Of a DNA stretch of 64,000 nucleotides, positions 52,405-64,000 are shown in pieces. Under the pieces are notes generated by a model. The model ran no database searches. It saw only the letters and a list, made by a program, of their open reading frames with translations, and was not told the origin of the DNA. The translations under genes were made by a program, and so were the position numbers. The DNA is from Kudoa neothunni (lineage: Eukaryota > Animalia > Cnidaria), in NCBI GenBank assembly GCA_964304625.1, contig OZ199840.1, positions 8,519,487 through 8,583,486 of the forward strand, written 5' to 3'. The first letter of the stretch is position 1; the number at the start of each line of letters is the position of its first letter.

Positions 52405-54595
52405 CCTTCCGAGCGCCATTGGGGTCCAACGGACCCCAATGGATGTTGGAATTAATTTTAGAGATTCTTATATTACATCATTTGATTTAAAATCACATCT
52501 ATTCTTCTAAAAATATGAATTCTATTAAAATATAGCAGAAAATTTTAATTTTTACATTCAGGTAACGAAATAATCAAAATACTTACACATTCCTTCTTTT
52601 GTGGTCCAATGGACCCCACGTTTTTCTTCTATCAAACAACAAAGAAAAATAATTTACAACAATTTTGGGAATTCAATAAAATTTTATTGAGAGGAAACAG
52701 AGAAAAATTGAAAAAAACCATACGTACATTAAATACCGACCATTACAGACAAATAAAACTATGATATAAATGATTCTTTATATAATGTTTTGAATGAAAT
52801 TGGTTCCGATACAATGGTTTTTATGATAGCTTTTGATAAGTTAGGTATTTATGTCATTCTAATGTTTCTGAAGATAATAAACGCTATCAAAACATTTACG
52901 AAGATAAGGATGATGTTAATTGGTTTTCTGAGAAACTTCAAATAACTAGAAGCTTTATGCGAAATATTTTTCAAAGTATCCAGGTTCCATTTCTTATGCT
53001 TCAAACAGAATCTCCTTCTTAGCTGATCATTCCTCATATGTTATATAGAATCCATTTTCTCAACTGTTATTTCAAACATTAACATGTTTACCCATTTTTA
53101 TTATCAGAATTATTTGAAGACTTTTCAAAACAAGATTTTTAGTTAATTTTGGAATCTATAATTGTACTCCCATTTTTAGATCTTAATTAGAATGATTCAA
53201 ATTGTTTTGGAGGAGAGTTGGAAAGCGGAGGGATATTTTTCGAAAGATTGTCGTTCCGAACTTTATTACCCCCAGGAGAGTTTGACCAATGACGAGCAGC
53301 CATTTGTCTTTAGGGAAAATTTACCTCCGCGCTATATATATATATATATATATATACGGAATTAAGTATTTTCACCTTACCAATCCCGAGACCAAGTACA
53401 CTCATAACTTTCCTGTGTATTTGAATAAAACTAATAATGAAATGTCAGAAAATATTGAGGAGATATTGCTCTAGATTTTGTGCCATCATTAATGGAAAAT
53501 GGGAGAAATATCATTTGTGAAAATTTCTTTACTTGTTTCCATTGCCCAAAAACTTGTACATAGGGAATGACTGGTACAATCCGAAATAATAAATGAGATA
53601 GTACAAATTATCTAAAAAAAGAATTCAAAGCAGAAAGTTTCAGTACACTTTTGTTTAACCAAAATCTAATATTAATCTCCTACGTTCCTATGTTCCTATA
53701 AAGGTAAAGCAGTTTTACTACTAACAACCTCCGGTTCATTACAAATGTCAAAGATATAGACTGAGAAAACCTGTTATTAATCTAGAATATAATTGTTAAA
53801 AATGAGGGGTGGAAACAGTGGATCATATTATTTCTACAACGAGTGTATAAAGTAAGCGGATCGATGGTCGACAGCAGTATTCTTCATTATGGTTGGTATT
53901 AGCTTGGTTAATTCTTTTATTCTTAGAAGACTGTCTTCTTTGATCGAAATTGTTCAAGAGTTAAGTTTCTAGAAGAGCTTGAAGATGGTTTGGTGAAGGA
54001 TTATGTTCAGTGAAATAAAAATCGGGTTTATAAAAATTATAATTGTATAATAGAATTTCTTTGTCGTGAGTGATGCTGTTATTGTTCGAGATCTCGAGAC
54101 AGAAAAGTGAGGATTTTTTTGTGATCATCTGTAATGAAAGCAGTTCAAAAGTTGTTTGCGTAATATTTCGTAATATCGAAAACCAAAATAATATAAATAC
54201 TTCGCATTTATATATTTTGGAACAATATGTATTGGTGGTATTATTGAGCGTGATTATTAAGAAATTAATTACGAAGGAAGTAATTTTTAAGATTTATTTA
54301 ATGGGGAATGATATATGTATTTTATTAAAACCAATTATATTAAAAAAAGAGGCTAAACTCGTTTAATTAAATGCTTAATTTAACCTTTTAAATGTTGGGG
54401 AAATCATCGTTAACAGCCGCGGGTGTTATAACTGTAACGTTTTTCATTATTCTATCGATAGTATTCTCTCATAATTTACCAAATTACTTATTTAATTTTA
54501 TCCATAACTCAAGCTAAAAAAATTCGGGAAAACGTGGGGTCCATAGGACCTCAAAAGAAGGAATGTGTGAGGTCGATTTTCAGGCGCTCGGAAGG
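52405..54595 (+). mobile_element. piggyBac element with decayed internal transposase
   Basis: TTAA at 52401-04 and 54596-99; perfect 13-bp TIR CCTTCCGAGCGCC; internal inverted repeat at about 52585-52625 versus 54528-54568. Remnant GRNIICENFFT..GTIRNNK..LISYVP..GVETVD..RW at about 53500-53930. Confidence 0.9.
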
Positions 54596-55296
54596 TTAAA
54601 AAGAACTTTTCAAATATGTACATATATAAATATGTTTCAACAAAGGCAAATTATATTTTAATAAAAATCTTTTATGGAATATGTTACGATGAATTATGAA
54701 TAAATAATTTTTTTAAATAACGCTATTTTAACTTTTTGAATGCGTATTTTATCTGTTTTCATATAGATAAAAATTACCTTAACATTTCAAAATTATTTTG
54801 GATAAAATATTTAAAATAGAGCGCCACCGAGTTGAAATATTTTCTATTGTTCATTCAAAGTATATGTGAACATTAGGCACGGAAGGATTGACCAGTTAAG
54901 AAATTTAAACAAACTAAAACTGATAACTAATACCCAAATATCCTAAAAAATTCTGCTCCGTTTTTTTATTTGATCTCAAAATTTATGGCGCGTCAATTTA
55001 TCGATGTCAATGATAATTGTAAGACAACAAATGAAAAATATCAAAGGGCACAAACAATTTTGGAAATTTTTAAACCACTCCAACCTACTTCTCCGTATGT
55101 GAAAATATGATTTAATAATATCTGCCCGTCAAATGTTTCAGCTTTGAACCCAGTTATAAAGCTATATGTCTATGAAAAATCTATACAAATCTAAAATCTA
55201 TAAATCAACACTGGCAGGTTAAATTAAAGCGAATGTTCATTTAACAATAACAATAGTAAAATATTAATAAATAATTGTACAATACAATCTATGTGA

Positions 55297-56207
55297 TTAG
55301 GATTCTTTAATTGCTTCGACGTTTTGACTTTTAGCACTTTTATTACTTTTGGAGGATTGTGGTCCTTGAGTTGGATTATTGCTTTCTAGAGTTTCAACGA
55401 TGAACTTTAAACATGTGGGAATTTGGACATTGAGGAGTTGTTTCATTGCTATCAAAACACATCAACTTGTCGTCAACAAACAACTAATAAAACACGTAAC
55501 ATTACAGTTATTAACTTTGGAGTAGGAGGATTGAGAGCCAGTCATTGCACCAATCATGTCACCTTCCATGTCATCCACAATTTTCACCATATCATTGAAT
55601 GTGGATTTGAAGATTTCACTATCAACTACATTAAACCATTAGTAGGTTCTACAACCAACTAATGATTACCTTGTATTTGGTCGAGGCAAGCTTTCACATC
55701 AATGTCATTCGGTAAAGGAGCATTAACGGCAGCAGGGGTGCTGCTTGGAGATAAATTAGGGAGCTCAGACCTACCAACTGATGGTGTTTTGTAGGAGTCG
55801 TGTCTGTCTGAAGAAGTAATTATGCTATTGGCTGATAAAGTGATAGCTCTACCTGAACCTATAATTAATAATAATTGGCATAATAACTTATTTATTCGCG
55901 GGACAAACTACTAATAGGGACATGTGTGGATGGTTTCTCCGCTTTGACTCTACTAGTTGGTTTTTGTGGGATAGAGGATGATTGTGACGATGCATGTTGA
56001 ACCAAAGGAACACTGCTACATGGAGGTCTCGTCATGGTACCGAACGAGGTCGGCTGATATGGGAAACCTGGAAAGGTTGCTTTCGGGACCTTGCTGGGAT
56101 AAGAGCTCACTAAGGCGGCGGTAGGGGCGACTAAATCAATTAAACAATTACCAAATAAAAACGCAACAAACAGTAATAATTTCACACAGAATTTATTTAA
56201 AATTCAT
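55297..56207 (-). CDS. S/P-rich protein with a C-terminal CDK2AP (DOC-1)-like helical domain; start uncertain
   Basis: Spliced C-terminus STFNDMVKIVDDMEGDMIGAMTGSQSSYSKVNNSMKQLLNVQIPTCLKFIVE resembles the remembered CDK2AP1 pattern [36 protein letters not shown]. ATG 56207 needs one fewer T in a T4 run; otherwise these exons are spliced from upstream. Confidence 0.5.
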
Positions 56208-57144
56208 GTACGCGTTTCAACAAGTTAAGACTAAGAAAATAATCAATTCAAATTTAAATAGTTTCAATCTAAGCTATTCAGGATATTCAAAATATTCACA
56301 ATATTCAAATTTTAGTGGGAAAAAATAAATCAGCGCATCAATATTTACATTAAGTGGTATCATCCTATCGATATTTATTGGCAGAATTATCAGCCATTAT
56401 ATTGCAATTTAGTCTGCTAATGACAAACAATTATATATATATATATATATAAGTTATAAATCATATCACATTTAAGAAAGAATAACATGTTTTTTACTCC
56501 GTGTATTAATAATAATTATCAATTCTATCGCAGTTATTTTGTCTTGGGTTAAGAATACAATTAAGGGCGGAAAGATAAATATCACCAATTAATTCTCATG
56601 TAAAAATTTGAATATGTAATTACAGCGTTATTAAATAAAATTCTATTGAAATATTAATAACAATAAGATAATTACTTCCATTTATTCAAATTACAGTAAA
56701 GGTAATAATACACCATGGTTATCAGCTAATCAGCTAATTTAAGATAATAGATCTAAATCTACTTATTATTTCATCACTACAGCAACAAGTTTTCAATTGT
56801 TTAACATATTAAAAATAATAATCCTCCTTGATATTTTCACACAAAAACATTCGATTTAATTCATTACATCACTTCACATTAAAAGAATACACATTATCTA
56901 CGTAGGTATAGAATACAATAGATTATTTAACGCCAATTAAATACTCAGATACCTATCTATTTACAAACTAATAAAATTCTAGGTCTAAAACAATATACCA
57001 CACTCATTCACTATTATTAACATAACATCAAAATCTTCTTAAATATTGGATTAATCCTTTAACAATATTTTTAATCAATGAGGGTATAGGCATTGTGGAG
57101 TTTAGGATGATTTCAAAGAGATAAAACCTCAACTGATTGAGAGG

Positions 57145-58339
57145 TTAAATAGTTAATAAATGAGAATGTATACAAGGAAACCGACTTCCATAACTAATGG
57201 GAGGTCCCAATGGTGGACCACTACTCGAGAGGGGTGTCGGAGTGAACGGGAACGATTCTGTATAACCACCAGGCATAACAGTCACATTCCTGTTGTCATT
57301 GATATTATTGTATCTCGGATAGTTGGTTATGAGAGGCATATCTATACAATATCAATAATTACTCACACACACACACACACATAAGTAATTATCACTGTTT
57401 GAGGGAGGATATCCCCTGCCAACGTAGCCTCCGCCATTACCCACGTCAACATTCGTAGGTGTAGAATATTCATTGGAAGGACGCATTGAGCGTTCATTAG
57501 ATGAGTTAGTCAACACCCCAGAGTTATAATTCATTTGAGGGAAGGGTGGTGAAATCGACTGATGACCAGGATGAATATTGCTACCGTTGTTCTCAGTGCG
57601 TACAACGCGTGAATTCAAATTGGTGGGTGTATTGGAATCTAATGGGTGAAACAGTGGTTAATTGACACAGTCAAATAGTAGGACCACAACAACAAACCTC
57701 GATGTTTTATTATCTCGTTGGGCATTTCACGAGAGCGTATAGCGGGAGTACCGCCGTTACACACTCTACAACAAGCAATAAAAGTGTTGATATCATCAAC
57801 CATATTGAACCAAAAGTATTTGGTTATTAAGGTGTTGTAGAGTTCGGCAAACTGAACATGTGGTTGATTGGGCACATGGAACGCACAGTGAAATTGTTTG
57901 ATAATTTCGAATTGTGTGCTTGAATCACAGACAACCACAACCTATTTCAATACGTCGGCTCACATATACCGCACAATTTACAACGATAATATACCGAAAT
58001 AAACTCCAAATCAGGCCCAATATTTCGATAATTCAATTTGCCATCTTCGACATAAAAATTTTTAATGTCATCACAAAATTCCTCCTTCAATTCAATTGAA
58101 CCACAGTAGGATGGCCATATTTTTTTTTCAATATACATAATAATATCAGAGTAAGTGTATTTGTTGGGATTTCTTTCATCCAAATATTCTAAATCGTATG
58201 TTCATTATTGGTCGTATATGATGCCGCCACACACATAACATAACACAAAAAGAAATGTACTTTGGTAGGCTAATCCATCAAAGTTAAAATGAGGGAAATT
58301 AGAATTATTTCCTTTACAACCACTAGCGGCCCCACTCAT
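57145..58339 (-). CDS. Intron-containing gene with a Gypsy-type integrase zinc-binding (H2C2) domain and an N/P/G/S-rich tail; both ends uncertain
   Basis: YSDIIMYIEKKIWP..NFYVEDGKLNY / FEIIKQFH..H..LYNTLITKYFWFNMVDDINTFIACCRVC, joined by short GT-AG introns. No integrase core, RT or LTRs seen. Confidence 0.7.
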
Positions 58340-60599
58340 AGCGGAATGGTATACCGATCGATTACGAATATTAGCGACACCCAATCCCCTTTTATTTTTT
58401 ATAAATTTTTGATAAAATTATTGATTAAGAAATCGTATTACTTAATCTAAGAGGTATTTTTGGCTAATTGAGACCGGATTCATTTAGGTGTTAATATTAC
58501 TGTGTCGACCATTATTCAATGTTGTTAAGGAATATTCCCTACTTAATTGTTAAAATAAGCGGATTAAATTATTGATTTGATGTGTTTATGAATGACACAC
58601 CCAAACTAAAAATAAACTATATCACATGCATAGTCCTAAAAACATTTGTGGCTGATACGGGCTGATCTTAAGGGGGTTTTGCCAAAGGATGCGCGTTAAT
58701 CCTATGAGAAATTGAGAAAATACATTTTAGGGATTCTAAAAAAACTTTAAAACACTAATAATATCAACGAAAACTTTTTGTTTTGCAGATTTTTTCTGAG
58801 ATTCAAAGAAATATCAATTCTAATCACATGTTGATACATTAATGTGTGTAAAAAAATAAAATTATATTATGCCATGGTCATAATTAATTTGGCATTATTA
58901 AAATGTTGATTAAAAAATATCAACAATTTTAAAGTTTAACTCATTTGTTTAATTTTTAAATAAAAATATTTATCTTCTTTGTGGCGTTTTCATAGATTAT
59001 TCAAAATTAATAATCAGGTTAACGCATGTTTACTTTATTATCAATTATTCGATGAATCAAATGGATAAATGTTTTAGGTTATTATTTATATGCGATTTAA
59101 ATATATTAATGAGTATATTTGTGGCAACTGTTGTACATATGACTTAGATACATTTTCTCAGTAGTGCGTGTATTATATTTTTTAATCTTTAACCTGGTAT
59201 ACCAATCGGCATTTTTCGGAGGAAAACGTTAAATAGGGGGACAAATTTTTTTTCTCACCATTCTAGATGTAAAACAATATTTTTGTGCTAAGACAAATTA
59301 AATTAATTTCAACGGTTCCCTTTTTTCAAAGGTGATCTAACTTTTTTATACGTGGGACGTTTGGAGATTATATGTTAAGACAAAAGATCACACCAATCAC
59401 AAATTGTTTTTTATAGTAACATTAGAGTGAAAATTGAACAATATCTACTAATTTTAAATGAATTCATTTCAAATCGAATAGATGACATCACTCGAAAAAT
59501 TTTTTCTGCGCAATAAGAATATAATTATAATGAATATGGGGTAATGTAAAATTTTGTTGAGATTCGTGAAGAAAGAGCTCGTGGACCGAATTTTGTCGAC
59601 CTATATCTTATTTTTATGTCACAAAATATACGCTATAATTTATAGTGTATAAAGTTTAAATCCCGCGTTTTTATATCTCTTTCATAACTATCTCGGAATA
59701 ATTTTTTTCCAGAAAGAATTTTCTCTTTTTCTGAAACTATCAAAACGATCTAAAGAAACAATATGTTGTGCTCGACATTATTGTGTCTCTTAGAAGATAG
59801 GACAGTTTTTATTTTTTAATGGTTTAATTAGGGGTCTTAGGTTGCATATTTGTAACAGACAAAACTAGTCTTGCATTATTTAGGTCACATAGTAGAATTA
59901 CAATTTTTTTAAATCCATGAAATATCGTTATTATTGAAAGAAATACGGTGTATTACAAAATTTGATTCGTTTGTGTATTTTTCCTTTAGAGATGAAGACA
60001 ATTTGAAAATCAGTTTCTCAAATATACGTTTCCAAAGAAAATTTTACTTTTAAAATTTTTATTATTATTATGTATTACCCAAAATAGTTTAAATGTTAGA
60101 GATATTTTGTTATATAATTCAGCATATCCAGATTTTTAGAATTTTATTGAATCTTATTTAAAACTAGCTCAGAAACATAATTAGGCCTGATTTTCGAAGT
60201 GGGTCCTATTATTAGGAAACAAGGTAGATGTTCCTATTAGAAGATGAGAGTTTCTCTACGCTAAGAAAAATTGATGCCATAAGTTTGACGTTTTTGGATC
60301 AATTATAAAGTTACAAGATATTCATATACAATCGAATTCCGATATAAAATAAATTTTTTTAAATTTATTTTAAAATGATGTAGATTCTAAATTGAAAAAT
60401 TTTGTTTAACCAAAATTCCAGCAACCGCAATTCAAAACTAATTTTTGCTAGAATTCTCAGATACAAATGCCTTGAAGTCTGGATTAGTGCTTGGTTTAGA
60501 TGGCATCTACATCTATTTTTTTAATACATATTTTCGTTATTTATTCAATTAAAGTTTATGTTAGATTAATAGAAATAACACAACGTAGATAATATAATA

Positions 60600-60900
60600 T
60601 TTTATGTTCAAAATGCAACCATGTTCATGATGAACGAATAAATGTTGGGTAAAGACAAACTCCCTTATATCATTTCAGGAATAATAAAATATAAAAATTG
60701 AACTTATTGGATTGTCTAATCACAAACTAACAGCGACATCATAAGACCAATTTATCCATGGAATTGACTCAATTCAACAATGTTCAAACATCATTTTTCC
60801 TCATTACACCTCCACTTTTAAGTCTTATTGAGTTTTAAAAATCAAAATTAAATTGTTGGAATACGACATATTTTAATTAATGAGGAAACTCAAAATATCG
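60600..60900 (+). pseudogene. Possible very decayed Tc1/mariner (IS630-like) DDE relic
   Basis: Frameshifted FPHYT..LSLIEF*KSKLN resembles LPPYSPxLNPIExxWSxLK. Confidence 0.25.
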
Positions 60901-61071
60901 TTATGGAGAATTCTAGGAAAATATTCCTCATTATTACTTTACTATTCTTACCATCATTAATAGTACAACTCACAATATCCAAATTGGGAGGAAATTATAA
61001 AAAAATTAATAATACTAGTCCATTTTTTAGAATCTAGAATGTTTCATTCTAGTATGACGCAGCTACGTTAA

Positions 61072-63514
61072 CCCTCCTGGTACCAGCTAAGGTATTTGAG
61101 AGACCCCACATTATCTATTTTGTTTCTAAATCCAAAAATCAGATTCTGAGTCTTAAAAATTTCAGAATACTTCTAATACTATTATTTCGATATTTTAATG
61201 AAAATATTTTTTATAATATTAATTAAATCTAATGAATAAATTCAAAAATAATACTAGAGTTAATTTTTAATGCATTGGATTAGTTTTCTAATGTTACATA
61301 TTTGTTTTATAAATATTAAAAATAGCTTTATCCCCACGAAAATTTGATAATATCCGTTCTATTATATGATAAAATGGTGCGCCTTTCTAAATATTACAGC
61401 CTCACGGATTTACGAGGATTAATCCAATTAAGCCGCGCGCTTAACATTTCTTGCGGCTATTGAGGTAGCAATTGTTAAATAACTTTTTTTGAGGCATAGA
61501 TAATATTTAGTATTAGACCAGACCAAACCATTGATGATGTTGAAAAACTTATTGAGAATTCTTCTTCTGTAGATAATGATAGTTGCTCAGAATACGAAAT
61601 ATCTGAATCAGATGATTGTGTTATTAGTGATATAGATAGTGATGAAGGTTTTCAAAGTGACGTTAAATTGGCTCTAGTAAACCCGAATAATGATTCTATT
61701 TTTTCTTCCCCGTCTGGTCTTGAATGGTCCCGAAGAATTTGTTCGAAAACTAAATCACATAACATCGTTACTTCACCCTCAGGCATTTTAGAGGGAGCGA
61801 ACAATATAACGTCTATTTGTGATGCCTTTGAATTGTCTATGTCGGGTGATATAATTAATGAGATAGTAAAATACAGCAACAAGTACTGCGAAAAAACTAA
61901 CCCAGAGACACACACGACAATAACTAAAAATGAAATAAAAGCATTTATAGGCATATTAATTATTGCTGAGCGTTCAAATGGTAAGATGCTTGCTCGTAGG
62001 AATATGTGGGATGGTAGCTCATTATCCAAATAATTTTCTTCCCCACAGTGATGTCCAGAAACAGATTCACTTATCTTTCTTTATAGAAGAATCCGTTTCG
62101 ACGATAAAGCAAATAGAATTTATCGGGTTCAAATTACAAATGACAAATTCGAACCTTGCTACCAAATTTTCAATCTATTTAATGAAAATTGCCTGAAATA
62201 TTATTCACCAGGCACGCATATTACAATGGATGAAAGGTTAATAAGGTTTAGGGTAAATGTCCGTTTCGGGTATACATGAAAAGCAAGCCCGAACGATTCG
62301 GGATCAAACTTTGGGTGGCTTCAGACGTAGAAACGTCATATCTATTGAACATTCAACCTTATACTGGGAAGATTGGTGGAACAAAGGAAATAAATCAGGC
62401 TGAAAATGTTGTCACAAGACCTGTCTTCCCATTTTATAGAACTGGCCGAGGAGTGACTCTAGACAACTTTTTTACATCCATTTCTTTAGCCACGAATCTC
62501 CTCAAAGAAAACCTGACATTTATAGGGACAATTAGTTCGAATAAATGCGATATACTCAAAGAATTCTTAAAATCGCCACGCCGAGAGGTTTTCTCCTGTC
62601 TGTGCGGGTTTTCTGATGATCTTTCACTTACTTCCTATGTACCCAAAAAGAACTATGCGGTCAATATATTGTCTACCAAATTTCGTGACTCTTCAACAGA
62701 AGACACATATGGAAAAAGACAAACGGTGATTCTTCAATATAACAAAACCAAAGGAGGTGTTGATAATGGGGACAAAATGACCCAGTCATACTCCTGTTCG
62801 CGACCTACTCGTAGATGGCCACTCAAGATTTTCATGGAAATCATTTATATGGCTGCGTTGAACGCATATATTATTTAGATACAAAAAAATTCTGAGTGGA
62901 AAAAAATGATAGTTGGAAGCAACAGAAATTTATTCGCGAGCTTGCCATAGAATTGGAAACACCCAATGTAGCACATCGTCATGAGAATTCTCATACTCTT
63001 CAATCCCACATAAAGTATGGTTTCCAATTTTTTGAAATCTCCACCAATAATGACGATTTGACGATATCTGTATCTGAATCAAATTCCACTCAACAATCAA
63101 AGAGAAATAGATGCCATTTTTGTCCTCGGAATAAGGATAAAAAATCCAGACTGAGATGTTTCAACTGTTTTAAATTTGTTTTTTTAAAACATAGAGTAAA
63201 AAGGAATATTATTTATTGTTTGGATTGCACCAATTCTTTGGAATATATCGTGTTAATATATTTTTTTCTTCGACATATGCTTGTAGGTTATAAATTATAC
63301 ACGAATTTTCATTAATAATTGAGTGCAGTGTGTAATTCATTTTACGATCTCTAATGCATTAACATTTATGACGTATACAATTTTAATATATTATAATAAA
63401 TTCTACCTAAGGCCAAATGGATTTGCAATTTTTGAATTTACACACAGTCATGCCATTCGGGATAAAAAATATCGGTCTGTTGAAAAAACAAATAAAATTA
63501 ACCTCGCTATAGAG
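61072..63514 (+). mobile_element. Near full-length piggyBac transposon; 3' part interrupted by a hAT insertion
   Basis: Left end TTAA(61068-71)-CCCTCC; contains a transposase pseudogene; right TIR not found in the window. Confidence 0.88.
61500..63315 (+). pseudogene. piggyBac transposase (PGBD4-like) with frameshifts and stops
   Basis: Acidic N-terminus; ITMDERL, KPERFGIKLW, VTLDNFFTS, YNKTKGGVDNGD, TRRWPL and a C-terminal Cys-rich RCHFC..CFNC..H..CLDC, split over several ORFs. Confidence 0.92.
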
Positions 63515-64000
63515 CAGGGTTTTCCTAAACGGGGTGCATGAGGTAATTGTTGGGGGTGCGGGAGCACCCTATGATGAATTAAGAATTTAAGCCTGACTGT
63601 ATGACTGAAAGAAAAATTTGAGTTCAGAAATTCAGTTTGAAGCTACCGTATTTAATTAAATATAATATAATTGGATATTATGCTAGTGAAATAATCTAAT
63701 AATAACAGATTTTATATAGTGCACTTTCCATTAAAATCATTCTATCTTTTAAAATCATATTAATTTATAATTCAGAAATCATTACTTATTTGCCAAAAAC
63801 TCATTAATTATTAATAAAATACCGTCAACTTGTATCTTGGATTATGAAGACGTTAACAGATTTCAACTTAATGCTGTGTATTTAATGAGTGAATTAACAT
63901 CGCCCACGCATCATCATGGTTGCTTCCCGAAAGGTTAGAAAATGGAATGAGGATTATACTCGGTATGGCTTCACAAGAGTTACCATTGAAGGAATTGACC
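63515..64000 (+). mobile_element. hAT (Buster-type) left end with start of transposase ORF (ATG 63916, open to the window edge)
   Basis: CTATAGAG (NNNTANNN) then CAGGGTTTTCCTAAAC. MVASRKVRKWNEDYTRYGFTRVTIEGID is homologous to the N-terminus of the 6413 relic. Confidence 0.85.

Noticed and set aside
1-64000. CRISPR arrays, rRNA, tRNA, prokaryotic operons, or an alternative genetic code to explain the fragmented ORFs
   Set aside because: No repeat-spacer arrays or structured RNA genes were seen. ORF fragmentation is explained by short GT-AG introns that restore conserved proteins (MED6, PRPF18, PQBP1) under the standard code.

Overview
This is a very AT-rich eukaryotic (metazoan-type) window with tiny GT-AG introns, mostly about 39-57 nt, and many decayed DNA transposons (piggyBac, hAT, Tc1/mariner-type MITEs). 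The architecture and divergent housekeeping proteins suggest a compact parasitic animal such as a myxozoan; that is inference. The first 29 kb hold five tandem minus-strand paralogous genes of about 9 exons and about 490 aa each. Spliced by hand, they encode a signal peptide, a GDA1/CD39 (ecto-NTPDase)-like ectodomain and a C-terminal TM helix. All five have lost the phosphate-binding DxG/GG motifs, so they look like a family of surface pseudo-NTPDases. They share a fixed-position upstream motif (TACCGAAAGATAAA) and show patchy gene conversion around one hypervariable exon. The rest of the window holds NUP50, MED6, an orphan coiled-coil type I membrane protein of about 1050 aa, PQBP1 and PRPF18 head-to-head with only 51 bp between start codons, a CDK2AP-like gene and an intron-containing Gypsy-integrase zinc-binding-domain gene. 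All family calls come from remembered motifs, not searches.
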